Below, piece by piece: positions 36,905 through 48,439 of a stretch of DNA of 64,000 bases. The stretch's first letter is position 1. Every line of letters begins with the position of its first letter. The translations under genes were made by a program, and so were the position numbers. Source of the stretch: Chiloscyllium plagiosum (taxonomy: Eukaryota); the NCBI RefSeq assembly GCF_004010195.1, contig NC_057719.1, positions 82,631,060-82,695,059 of the forward strand, in the 5' to 3' direction. Below the pieces are notes generated by a model, which was given only the letters and a program-made list of their open reading frames with translations, searched no databases and was not told the origin of the DNA.

Positions 36905-37334
36905 TATTCTTTTGTGGGATGTAGGCCAGCATTGGTGGCTTATCCCGAGTTGCCCTTGAACTGAGTGGATTGCCAGCACTAATTGGTGTGCAAAGTCTGT
37001 GCCTGGCATCAACATCCAAGAGCACAAGACAATACGTTGGCTCGCCGATTGGCATATGTGGAACCGTGGAGCGGGTGTACTGCTTGGTGGACCATCTCAG
37101 AGGGCAGTTAGGAATCAACCACCTTCCTGTGGGTCTGGAGTCACATGCAGGCCAGACCAGGTGAGGACGGCAGATTTCCTTCCCCGAAGGACATTGGTGG
37201 TGGCTTCATGGTCCCCGTTACGGAGAACTCGTCTTCAGTCCAGGATTATTAATCCAATTCAAAACTCCGCCAGTTGACCTGAGGTGGATTTGAGTTCATA
37301 GCCTGGATGTCCGGATTAATAGTCCAGCGATATT
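36905..37334 (-). mobile_element. Second tRNA-SINE family copy
   Basis: Reverse complement of the 53465-53800 type; head appears to resume at about 38650. Confidence 0.65.
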
Positions 37335-38646
37335 TGTAACACTTCGGTCCCGGGCCAGATTACCCAAGTTCCAGACGGAGACCCCAAATTGTAAGGTTCC
37401 CAGAGGAGGGGGAGTGAACTGCCCCCTTTTTCACTCACTCCGTGGTTGGTCACAATTTAAAAAAGGCTGCCTACCCCTTGGTTATTCTTCTCCCAAATCC
37501 AAATGAACCTACGTTTCTTAAAGGAACCAATTTCACCAACCCTTCTTGAATTACCAAAAGCGTGGTGGCACAGTGGTTAGCACTGCTGCTTCACAGCGGC
37601 AGGGACCTGGGTTCAATTCCCGCCTCGGGTGACTGTCTGTGTGGAGTTTGTACATTCTCCCCCTGTCTGCGTGGGTTTCCTCCCACAGTTCAAAGCTGGG
37701 CAGGTCAGGTGAATTGGCCATGCTAAATTGCCCAGAGTGTTAGGTGCATCAGTCAGGGGAATGGGTCTGGATGGGTTACTCTTTGGAGTGGACTTATTGG
37801 GCTGAAGAGCCTGTTTTCATAGTGTAGGGAAATCTAATCTAAACACGAGAAGAATCGGTGATGTCGTGCACATGTACACAGTGGCGAGTCCCGAAAGATA
37901 GAAGTTTGAAAAAGCAGGGAGATTTCTTGCTGTAGAGTCAAGGGTTGTTAGGCCCTCGTTATCTTCATAGTCAGAAGAGACGGTCACTCAGTGGTTAGCA
38001 CTGCTGCCTCACAGTGCCAGGGATTCGAGTTCGATTCCACCCTCGAGCAACTGTCTGTGTGGAGTTTGCGCATTCTCACCGTGTCTGCGTGGGTTTCCTC
38101 CCATACTCCAAAGATGTGCAGGTTAGGTGGATTGGCTGTGCTAAATTGTCCATAGTGTTCAGGGATGTGTAGGTTATGTGAGTAAGCCATGGGGAATGCA
38201 GGGTTATAGGGTAGAGGGGGGGAGGGTTGGTGTGGGCTGAATGGCCTACTTCCACACTGTTCCCATACTCCAAAGATGTGCAGGTTAGGTGGATTGGCTG
38301 TGCTAAATTGTCCATAGTGTTCAGGGATGTGTAGGTTAGGTGAGTAAGCCATGGGGAATACAGTGTTGTAGGGTAGGGGGGGAGGGTTGGTGTGGGCTGA
38401 ATGGCCTACTTCCACACTGTAGGGATTCAATCTGTTTGAAGTTTCTTTTACACTTTTAGGTGTTATATCCCATCGATTTTTCTTTCTCTCTGATTCTTTC
38501 TCTCTCTCTCTCTCTATAGACAGCCACTTAATTTACATATACTGTATAGTATTGTCGCATTAGCAGTCCTCTTGTAGGAAACACATTTTGTAATAAGGGC
38601 TAAAAATATCTGTGGCACTTTGAGGTTCTGACTTGCAGTCACGACA
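37335..38646. mobile_element. Putative solo LTR (TGT...ACA) carrying two nested SINEs (37561-37840 and 37984-38430, + strand)
   Basis: Starts TGTAAC and ends CACGACA, interrupting a SINE head; TSD poor (TATT/CCTT). The nested SINEs themselves are clear. Confidence 0.45.
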
Positions 38647-38659
38647 CCTTACACTACAC

Positions 38660-38885
38660 CAGTGTCTTCCCCTAAAACGTTACAGCAAAATACAAGGGCT
38701 TTGAAATGTAATCATTGGAATATAGCAAATATGGCAGCCATATCATGCAGAGCAAACTCCCACAAACATAAATATGATAATGATTAAATAGTCCCTTATA
38801 GTGGTGTTGCAGCAGGTTAACTATTGGCCAGGGACATTCCCTCAAAAGAGTACTTTAGGATTTTGTACATCTACCTGAGTGGGCA
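38660..38885 (-). mobile_element. Deu-domain SINE (SacSINE1-like) fragment
   Basis: GGCAGCCA...GCAGAGCAAACTCCCACAAACA is the reverse complement of the Deu core seen at 46510-46550. Confidence 0.6.
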
Positions 38886-38894
38886 GGGAAAAAT

Positions 38895-39635
38895 ATAGAG
38901 TCATACAGCACGGAAACAGACCCCCTGGCCTAACCAGTCCATGCTGACCATAATCCCAAACTAAACTAATTCCACCCGCCTGTACTTGGCCCGTATTACT
39001 CCAAACCTTTCTTGTTCATGTATTCATCCAAATGACTTTTAAACAATGTCACCATACCTGCATTCACCACTTCCTCAGGACGTTCATTCCATGCACGTGT
39101 CTTTTTAAAATCTTTCTCCTGTCACCCTTAAAATATGCCTCCTAGTTAAAAACCTGGAGCAAAGACACCTGCCAGTCATCTTATCTATGCTCTTCGTGAT
39201 TTTATAAACCTCTATAAGGTCACTCCTCAAGCTCCTACACCCCCATGAGAAAAGTGCCAGCCTATCCAGCCTCTCCTTTTAATTCAAACCCTGCATTCCC
39301 AGTTACATCCTGGAATTTTTTTCTGAACCCTCTCCACTTTAATAATAGCCTTCCTATAACAAGGAGACCAGAACTGGACACAGTTCTCCCAGAACAGGCC
39401 TCACCAACTTTCTGTACAATCTCAACACAATGTTCCAACTCCTCTACTCAAAGGTCTGAGCAATGAAGGCAAATGTGCTAAACACCTTCTTAACCACCCT
39501 ATCTATATATGATGCAAACTTCAAAGAATTATGTACTCTAACCCTAGTCCTCTCTGTTCTACAACACCACCCAAGGCCTTACCTTAATTGTATAAGTCTT
39601 GCCTTTGTTTGTTTTACCAAAATGCAATACCTTGT
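38895..39635 (-). mobile_element. CR1 LINE 3' part
   Basis: GATTTTATAAACCTCTATAAGGTCA and GACCAGAACTGGACACAG motifs plus 3' UTR. Confidence 0.88.
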
Positions 39636-42534
39636 TTAAAGTTGATATAAAGATTCAGCTCACCCAGGGGGCAGGACCTCTGATAGCACAGCACTCCCTC
39701 AAAACTGCCGGCTGTATCAACCTGTGTCTTACAGAGTCAGGAAACAGCATGGAAACAGACTCTTTGGTCCAACCTGTCCGTGCCGACCAGATATCCCAAC
39801 CCAATCCAGTCCCAGCTGCCAGCACCTGGCCCATATCCCTCCAAACCCTTCCTATTCATGCACCCATCCAGATGCCTTTGCTCCACATTACACACAGCAG
39901 TGTCCTGGATATTAACCTGCGATTCCTGGATACCCCAGGCCAATCCTGGAGAGTCAGCAACCCTCACTGGCACTCTTGAAAAATCGTGAAGAGTGAAGAT
40001 CACCACCGTGTGAGCGAGTGAGTCAGAGCTGGGCGCCAGCATGACTTTCTGTCTGCAGTTACTAAAGAGGTTGCTGCACTTTGAAAAATCGAGAAGCCTG
40101 ACCCTCATTGTAAGGACTGTTTTTGCAGGTGCTTTCTCAAGCAGCAGCAGAAATGTGGTGGAGGCAGGATCAATCGATGCATTCCAGAGGGCCCTGGATA
40201 ATTATTTGGATTGAAATGGTGGGCAGGGATTTGGGGAAAGGCAGGAGACCTTTTTGATTTTGATTTGTTCATTTATTGTCGTGAGTATCTTGGTTACAGA
40301 ATGCAACGAGAAGTGTTGTATAGTGCTGCTGCTGTTTTAAAAAACTAGAAAAATGAATCCAAAATGTAAAGGCCAAAAAATGAAAAATGGAGAAAGTGTC
40401 CAATTTTAACCAGTCCTTCTTGTTAACTGCTCCGTCACGGGCCTGGTGGGCAAGCACGAGTCCCCTTCTCCGTGTCACTGCCACTGGAGCAAAAGTTGTC
40501 CACTCATAGGCGCCATCTTGCTTTCACTGATGTAACAGGCGCCATCTTGGTTACACACTCGATTCCAAACTACAATAAGAAAGAACAGCCGAAATAAAGG
40601 AAACAAAGCCAGGTCGGCACTCAATCATAGAACTGGTGATGCCAGGATGGTGTCCTTATGAACTATCTGTGACTTAATGACACAAATGATCGCAATCAGG
40701 CCAACATTTATGAGCAGTCTCCTCATAAAAGCTGGATTATTTTGCAGCACGCTGGAGTGAACGAAAGTTGCACAGTCTTTCCAATCAATCCCAATTCAGT
40801 CAGCTCGTGCGATGGGTGGGTAAAATTACCCAGTCGTTTCCATAGCTGTAACATTGCTAAAGAAATAGGAGCTAATTGCAATGAGAATGTACCCCCAGGG
40901 TTCCGGATCTCACTATTGTACTGCAGCCATGTGTTCACATTGTCAATGTTTCCACCCGCATGGCGATCTGTAAGAGCGCACTCAATAACGCCCAGCATTT
41001 TGACTCTGGGTTGTGATTTCTAACTTCCAGAAGCCAAGAGACATGATGTTGACCAGTGTGGTGTCTCAGTGTGCATGCTTTAAAAATAGCCTCTCTGGTA
41101 CTGCCCTTCGTTATCATTTCCAACACGAGAATAAAGGTGGTTGTCATGGAAATCACTATAATTAGCGCCAACAGCGCCCATTTTCCTGAATTGTGGCTAC
41201 TGCAATTATATATTATGATGAGCGTACCCGGAACTCTTTTCAACAATCAGCTTCCCCGTTTTTTGACTGAATCCTTCCCTGTGGTGTATTTGTGGCTTCA
41301 GCTTAAGTAGACGTGTGGTGTGGAATATTATTTGTGTGCTATCTGTCTATTTGTCGTGCGGTTGTGCAGTCCATTTGATATCCAGGGCTGGGTGAAGGGA
41401 CTGTGGAGGGCTCTGCCTGAGTGTTGGATTCATAGAACTGAATCTTTTAAGCATTTTAAATACCTTGATTAGATTGTCCCCCAGTTCAAGGGAATATAAA
41501 ACAAATCCATGCAGCCAGTTTTCGAAATTTAGCTCACCTCTTAACAGCCAGTATCATTGTGATGCAGTACCAGAGCCCCGTAACCCCCTCCCCAAGAGCA
41601 ATATATTCTTCAAGGGGGTCACTGTTCAAAACTGACCATAGTACTCCTGACTGGACTTTTCCTAGTGAAGCAAATATTCCCACTTCTGAATTCCAGCCGC
41701 TCCGTAATTAAGGCCAGCATTGGTGCTTACCTTTGTTAAAATTACTTTTTGTAACTGCGCGCGAATTCATAATAATTCACATACAAGGCCGTTGCAAATC
41801 TCTTTGGCGTTCCAAATGTTTGTAGATGTGTCTGCTCTGTGTAACTTTCTCTTCCATCCTTGCAACTAACTGCCTAGTGTCAACAGGGAATGGGGGTTTT
41901 GCAGTCACTGTGGAGATGGGCTGGACCAGGTGTACAGGTCATTGGGAGTTTGTCACAGAGTACCAACTGGAGAGCTCCTTATTCGTGAACCTTTATTGTT
42001 GCCGCCCTCCAAATCAGCTGTTGACCCTCAGTATGATTATCTCTTTAACCAAACTGGCCACCTTAGGGTCACCTGTCTTTGTATTTCTCTCTAGTTCTGG
42101 GCATAAAATATTGTTTGATGGTATCTCTTATGACTTTGTTTTGGGACGTTTGCCTCTGTTAAAGGTGCTTTGTAAAAGCAAGTTGTGATTCTGGCTGTAG
42201 ACGCCTACTTGAGAGAAACAGGGTGGGCTGAATCTTACCGGAGGTGGCCACTTGTCATATTTGGTGAATTTCCTCATGCTGCCTTTCCCCAACTCTCCTC
42301 ACTACTCACGCACCATGTCACTATGGGACCCTGGTCATCCTATTCTCTGACTCATTGCTGCTGGAGGTACTCACCACCACTGGGACCTCCCAGGATACAT
42401 GAAGCCCAGCAGACGTTGGCAGCTCAGAGTTGCCCTTCACAATTCATGTAGTGGGAGGGCAGCCATCAACCCAACGGGGCACACAAGTGGCATGGCAGAC
42501 ACGTCATTACACATGTACCCGCATATTCTCACAG

Positions 42535-43020
42535 AGAATTATTGAGTTGTACAAACCCTTTGGGCCGAACTTGTCCATGCCAACCGGGTTTCCCAAGCTA
42601 AACTAGCACCATTTGACTGACCATATTCCTCTAAAGCTTTCCTATTCATGTTCTTGTCCAAATGCCTTTTAAATGCTGTAATCATACCAGCCTCCACCAC
42701 TTCCTCTGGCAACTCATTCCATACACGTACCACCCTCTGGGTAAAAAGAAAATTACTCCTCCCATCCGTTTTAAATCTTTCCCCTCCCACCTTAAACCTA
42801 TGCCTTGAACTCCCCTACCCTGGGGAAAAGACCATGGCAACTCACCTTATCGATGCTCCTCATGCATTTATAAACCTCTATAAGGTCACCCTCCGACTCC
42901 AGGAGAACATGTCCCAGCCTATCCAGCCTCTCCTTATAACTGAAACCCTCTAATCCTGGTAAGATCCTTGTAAATCCTTTCTGTACCCTTTCCAACTTAA
43001 TAATATCCTGTAACAGGGCA
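42535..43020 (-). mobile_element. CR1 LINE 3' end
   Basis: ERVQKGFTRILPGLEG...DLIEVYK; TQRVVRVWNELPEEVVEAG. Confidence 0.9.
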
Positions 43021-43891
43021 ACTAGATCTATCGCTGTTTAAGGATCAAACCACACAGCTTACCTGTCTTTAGCCCCATTCCATTTTACAATGGTGTCAAA
43101 GTCAGTGCCATATTTTCTTCAATGCCCTCGTCTTGTTCAAATTATTCACAATGTTCAACATGGGACAATCAACCTATCAGGAAGTTCATAACATTCAGCA
43201 ACAGCAAAAGCAATAAAAGCTGTGTTTGCCTCTGGGAACAGGCAGGAACCATTTGCCTTTTGAATAGCAAATTTACTATCCGTGAATGATCACTGCCCCC
43301 AGCTCTCATCTCCAAGAACCAGGTGTTAATTTAGTTCCGTCTGGCCTGAAGTTGTTGAATCTCTGTGCTCCATCATGTGGGAGGGCGATGTTCCTCCAGC
43401 CCAATGTCCTTATGGCTTGAAAGACTTCTGCAGCTCTCTCAGCGCATCAGAATCCGTCATCACAGCAACGAAGGGAAACTGGACTTCAAACGTTAACCCG
43501 ACTTTCTCTCCAAAGATACTGCCAAATGTGCTGAGTTTTTGTTTCCCTCAGCAATTTCTGTGTTCAGATCTCCAGCTTCTGCAATACTTTCTTTTCGGTT
43601 ATTCATCACATCTCCTCTTTGCCTGTTCCAATTGTGCAGAGCGTAGTGTGCAAGGATTGTGCAGCACGCTCCGTCCCCACTGGAATACAAGCACCCAAAC
43701 ACAGGCCTCTCGCCAAGAACTAACAAGAGTCTCATCTTGCAGCTCAACACCTAGTTTGGGAAAAAGGACTTTCTGTTCGCGACATCAAGAAGCCCCTCAC
43801 TGCTGATTTCACACAGTTTTCCCACTTTCCCACCACGGTCCACATTCTTCACGAGCTGGAAAGATTCTCGAATAGAATAAAGTAGTGCAGC

Positions 43892-44880
43892 AGTTTATTG
43901 TCACACGCATTTTTACAAAAGCAAAACATTGAAACGTTTTCTAAGTCGCCATACCACAGCACCTAAATTAATGACAGAAGTCATAGATAAGGGGAAAAAA
44001 AAGTAAAAGTTCCTTCACAGTTCAACTTATGGTTCCTGGGTTTGGGATATGCTGGAAATCCGGGTCGATATTGGTCTGTCACACCAAGACAAGACTCCAC
44101 GCTGGGGCTAGACCTTCGCACTGGGACTAGGCTCCCACCCTGGGGCTAGACCTCTGCACAGAGGCTAAACCTCCATGCCAAAACAAGACCTCCACCTTGA
44201 GGCTCGGCCTCCACATTGGGGCTAGGCCTCCACCCTGGGACTAGGCCTCCACCCTGGGGCTAGACCTCCGCGCTGGGGCTAGACCTCTGCACTGGGGCTA
44301 GACTTCCATGCTGGGGCTAGACCTCCACGCTGCGGCTAGATCTCCACCCTAGGGCTAGACCTCCGCATTCAGGCTAGACTTCCACGCTTGGGCTAGAGTT
44401 CAGCACTGGGCTAGACCTCTATGCTGGGGCTAGGCCTCCATGCTGGGGCTAGACCTCTGCACTGGGCTAGACCTCTGCACTGGGCTAGACCTCCATGCTG
44501 GGGCTAGACCTCCATGCTGGGGCTAAACCTTCGTGCCGGGCTTCTTGGATAACCAGAAGCTGCCGCAGGAGACCTCCAAAGTGAGATGAGACCTCCATGC
44601 CGAGAGAAGAACACCAGTCCAGGCTGAGATCGCGACACTGGAAGACCACCCCGCCAGGCCTGTGCTGCCAATCTGGGTCACCGGCAGCCACCTCGTTGCT
44701 GGGCCTGGGCCAGGAGAAGACGCCTTCGGAAAAAGTTGTTCAAAGAAGCTAAGGTACTGTAACAAATGGAAACAATTTTTTGAAAAAACATGGAGAGAAA
44801 GTAAAGAAAATAAAGCCAAAGGAGTAGACAGGCTCCAGGCTGAGGAGTCTGCTGAAGCATTTTTACTCCACCGCCATCTT
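43892..44880 (-). mobile_element. Non-autonomous element with AAGATGGCG head, Rex1-like tail and internal minisatellite
   Basis: TACTCCACCGCCATCTT at 44864-44880; TTTATTGTCAC at about 43894. Confidence 0.6.
44090..44532. repeat. 19-bp minisatellite CTGGGGCTAGACCTCCACG, about 23 copies
   Basis: Directly visible; some 18-bp units. Confidence 0.95.
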
Positions 44881-45094
44881 GAAATAAAAAGACTCAGTGA
44901 GCAGGATGTCTGCTTCTCGTGTTCTGTGCCACCTTGTTAGAGTGACACCAAATGAGCAATAGTGTCTTGAAAAACAACGGTTCAGTTGATGAAAAGAGAT
45001 CTGTTTCTCTTTCCAATAGTGGTATTCAGTCCTCCTCATGTTGTGCATCTAATTAGCCATTTTTTAAAAGAATAATTGGGTCAAGTTTGGGTTG

Positions 45095-45725
45095 GCCTCA
45101 GGCAAAGTGAGACTAGCGGTAGTCTCACTGGATTGCCAATTCAGAGACCCAGAGTAATGTTTGTAATCCTGCCTTGGCGAATGGTGGAATTGGAATTCAA
45201 TTTTAAAAAAGTCCAGGATTAAGATTCTAACGATGACCATGAAACTGTTGTCAATTGTCAGGAAAATCTTTTCCCCAAGACGGGGAGTTTTAAGACTAGG
45301 GGGCACACTTTTAAGGTGAGAGGGGAGAGATTTAAAAAAGACATAAGAGGCAAGTTTTTTACACAGAGGGTGGTTTGCGTGTGGAATGAACTTCCTGAGG
45401 AAGTGGTGGATGTGGGTACAATTACAACGTTAATTACAACGTTTTTGGATGGATACGTGCATTGGAAAGGTTTGGAAGGGTATGGGCCAGGAGCAGGCAG
45501 GTGGGACTTGTTTAGTTTGGAATGATGTTCGGCATGGACTGGTTGGACTGCAGGATTTGTTTCCGTGCTGTCTGACTCTATGATTATGAACAATGTCCTT
45601 TAAGGGAGGAAACGGCCATCCTTACCTGGTCTGGCCTACTTGTGACTCCAGACTCACAATAACGTGGTTGACTCTTAACTTTCTCTGGGCAATTAGGGAT
45701 GGGCAATAAATGCTGGTCTCCTCAT
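45095..45725 (+). mobile_element. Second-family tRNA SINE interrupted by a CR1 3' end (45267-45585)
   Basis: SINE body stops at GTCAGGAAAA and resumes AATGTCCTTTAAGGGAGG; the insert encodes RGERFKKDIRGKFFTQRVV. Confidence 0.85.
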
Positions 45726-46254
45726 TTCTGTATTCACTGTAAGTCTGCTTGAGGTAGGAGAAGGCGTTGGGCAAGCAATGGAGGGTGGGTGAAGAAGTCT
45801 GTGTGATGATGAGAGGTGGGAGTTTTAATGTGGGGAGTGGGAGTGAGAGCGACTCCATAACTGGCCCCCAATGTCAGCGAGGAGGTAGAGCTCATAGCTG
45901 ACCTGATCTGTTCTGCCTCAAATAACTGCATTATTCAAGCCTTGTTCTCCAGGTTGCTGTTAGCAATTTATTTCCATATGCTGGCAAAACATGATTTTTG
46001 TTTTTTGCTGTGTTAGCAACTCCAGAGAGAGACAAAGCAACATTTATATTGGAATAAATATGCATAAATTGCTGCATATTATTCCTGCTGTGGACTGGAC
46101 CCAAGCTTCTAGTTGTGTGTTTGATGAAGGACTTTACAATTGTTAATATATGTTGAATGTTGATTGTAAGCTAAGCAGCTCTCCCTGTAACCCCATCAGG
46201 TTACATCATGTCTTTTGGAAACCAGATTAACCAGAACAGACTTTCCTCTGCATT

Positions 46255-46652
46255 CAAAGGTTGGGAGTTCATGTTTCAAAGTGAGCACAGCTGTTAGGGG
46301 TTGCTGCAGTTGCTGAGGTGGTGTTGCACTGTTAGGGCTGCTGTCTTTCGGGTACAGTGTTAAGATGGAGGTCTGTCTGCCCTCTTTGGCTGGGTGGCAA
46401 AGATCCGAGGCAGTGTTTTGGAGCGGACGACTTATCCCTGATATATGGCCAACATTTATCCTTCAACCCTTCAGCCTCACCAAAAGCAGATGATCTGATC
46501 ATGATTGCATTGCCATTTTGTGGAAGTTTGCTGTGCCTAAAATTGGCTGATAATACAAGGTTGAATGCACTTGCAAACGACTTCAGTAGCTGCAAAGTGC
46601 TTCGAGGAGGACTGTGAATGCAATAGGTGCTATATAAGTGCAAACCTTGCTT
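46255..46652 (+). mobile_element. Deu-domain SINE (SacSINE1-like)
   Basis: GTGTTGCACTGTT...GGCCAACATTTATCCTTCAACC...TTTGTGGAAGTTTGCTGTGC..AAATTGGCTG...GGTGCTATATAAGTGCAA (L2-like tail). Confidence 0.7.
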
Positions 46653-47199
46653 TCGTAATACCGCTGTGTTCTTGCGTGGTTGGATGGGGGCTGTGGAGTG
46701 AGAGATGTGAAGAGGCAATACCAGATGTGAGGATCAGTCACTGAGCAGTTTTTGCTCTAAACTGTCACAGAGAAGCTGATCTGTCCAATTGCAGGAGTGT
46801 GCAATCACACGCGTACTTTGTTCGCTGAAAATGGTGTAGAGCTGGGCTGGAATGCTTCATTCTCACCTTGTGGCTTGCCTGTTGCTTGGAAGCTGGTGTT
46901 TCCACTGCTCTGTGCTGACTTTGAGGAGTTTAGGAGTGTATAGCTGTCTGCTATGTCATGGAGTGATATAGCTTCCAGGTGATTCCCGCTGCTTTATGAT
47001 GAGACAGTCACAAGACGATTGGCTTTTTGTTTGCGGTGATACAGTCTTACAAACTCATACCAGTAATTTAGCATGAGTTGAATCTTTTTTCCCATTGATG
47101 TTTTTTGGATGTGTGATTTCCTATTTGTCACTGTGATATTAGGATCCATGAGAACTTAGTCAGCGATACATTAGATCTCGTAATTAGCCAATAATTTAT

Positions 47200-47740
47200 T
47201 GGAGGAGGTGATGGCCCAGCATTATTGTTGCTAGATTGTTAATCCAGAGACCCAGGTAATGTTCTGGGGACCCAGGTTCAAATCCTGCCATGCGAGACGG
47301 GAGAATTTGAATTCAGTGAACATATGGGATGCAAAATCTAATAATGACTGTTGGGAAAAGTCATCTGGTTCACCAGTGCTCTTTAGGGAAAGACACTGTT
47401 GTCTTTATCTGGTCTGGCCTACATGTGACTCCAGCCACATAGTAATGTGGTTGACTCTTAACTGTCCTCTGGGCAATTAGGGATGGGCAATAAATGCTGA
47501 ACATCCACATCCCATGAAGGATTCTTTTCTTTTTAAATTCTATCAGGCAGGCAGTTTTCGACAGTTGTCGATGTCACCATGGAGGCCGCTGCCTAGTTTT
47601 CTTTTCAGAGCGGTTTTTTTATTGAATTCAGATTTCATCATCTGCCATAGCGGGTTCAAACGCATGTCCCCAGAACGTTGACCTGGGGTTCTGGATTGCC
47701 ATTGCAGTGGTATTACCACTACACTACCATCTCCCCCATT
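47200..47740. mobile_element. Second-family tRNA SINE (+, 47200-47520) followed by an inverted copy (-, 47545-47740)
   Basis: Matches 53465-53800 in both orientations. Confidence 0.75.
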
Positions 47741-47764
47741 ATGCTGGAGAATTGATAACTAACA

Positions 47765-48250
47765 TACGTCCCCAGTTACAGGAAGGATATTATTAAGCGG
47801 GAGAGATTTGCCAGGACGTTGCCAGGTATGGAAGGTTTGAGTTATGCAGAAAGGCTGGGACTTTTTTCAGCTGGAGTGCAGGAGGTTGAGAGGTGACCTC
47901 GTAGAGGTTTATAACATCATGAGGGGCGTAGATAAGGTGAATGGCAGGTGGGGGATTTCAAGACTAAGGGGCACATTTTTAAGGTGAGAGGAGAGAGATT
48001 TAGAAAAGACATAAGGGGCAATTTTTATTTTACGCAGAGGGTGGTTCGCATGTGGAATGGAACTTCCTGAGAAAGTGGTGAATGTGGGCACAGTTACAAT
48101 GTTTAAAAGACATTTGGAGAAGTTTATGAATAGGAAAGGTTTGGAGGGATATGGACCAGGAGCAGACCGGTGGGACTAGTTTGGTTTAGGATTATGGTCG
48201 GCATGGACTGGTTGGACCGAAGGCACTGTTTCCGTGCTGTATAACTCTCT
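47765..48250 (+). mobile_element. CR1 LINE 3' end
   Basis: RT C-terminal motifs and 3' UTR. Confidence 0.88.
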
Positions 48251-48439
48251 GTCTGATGTAAATGTCTAGTGTGAAAATCCACAAGAGGTTACCACATTCA
48301 AACAGCAACAGAAAGGATTTTCAATAAGCTTTCATTCTATAAACTAGGTCTAATGTTTGAAACTTTTGTTCACAGTGAGCATGGTGTGAGAGATCAGGTA
48401 AGGTTGCAATAATCATAAACCAACAGGCCATATACCTAA

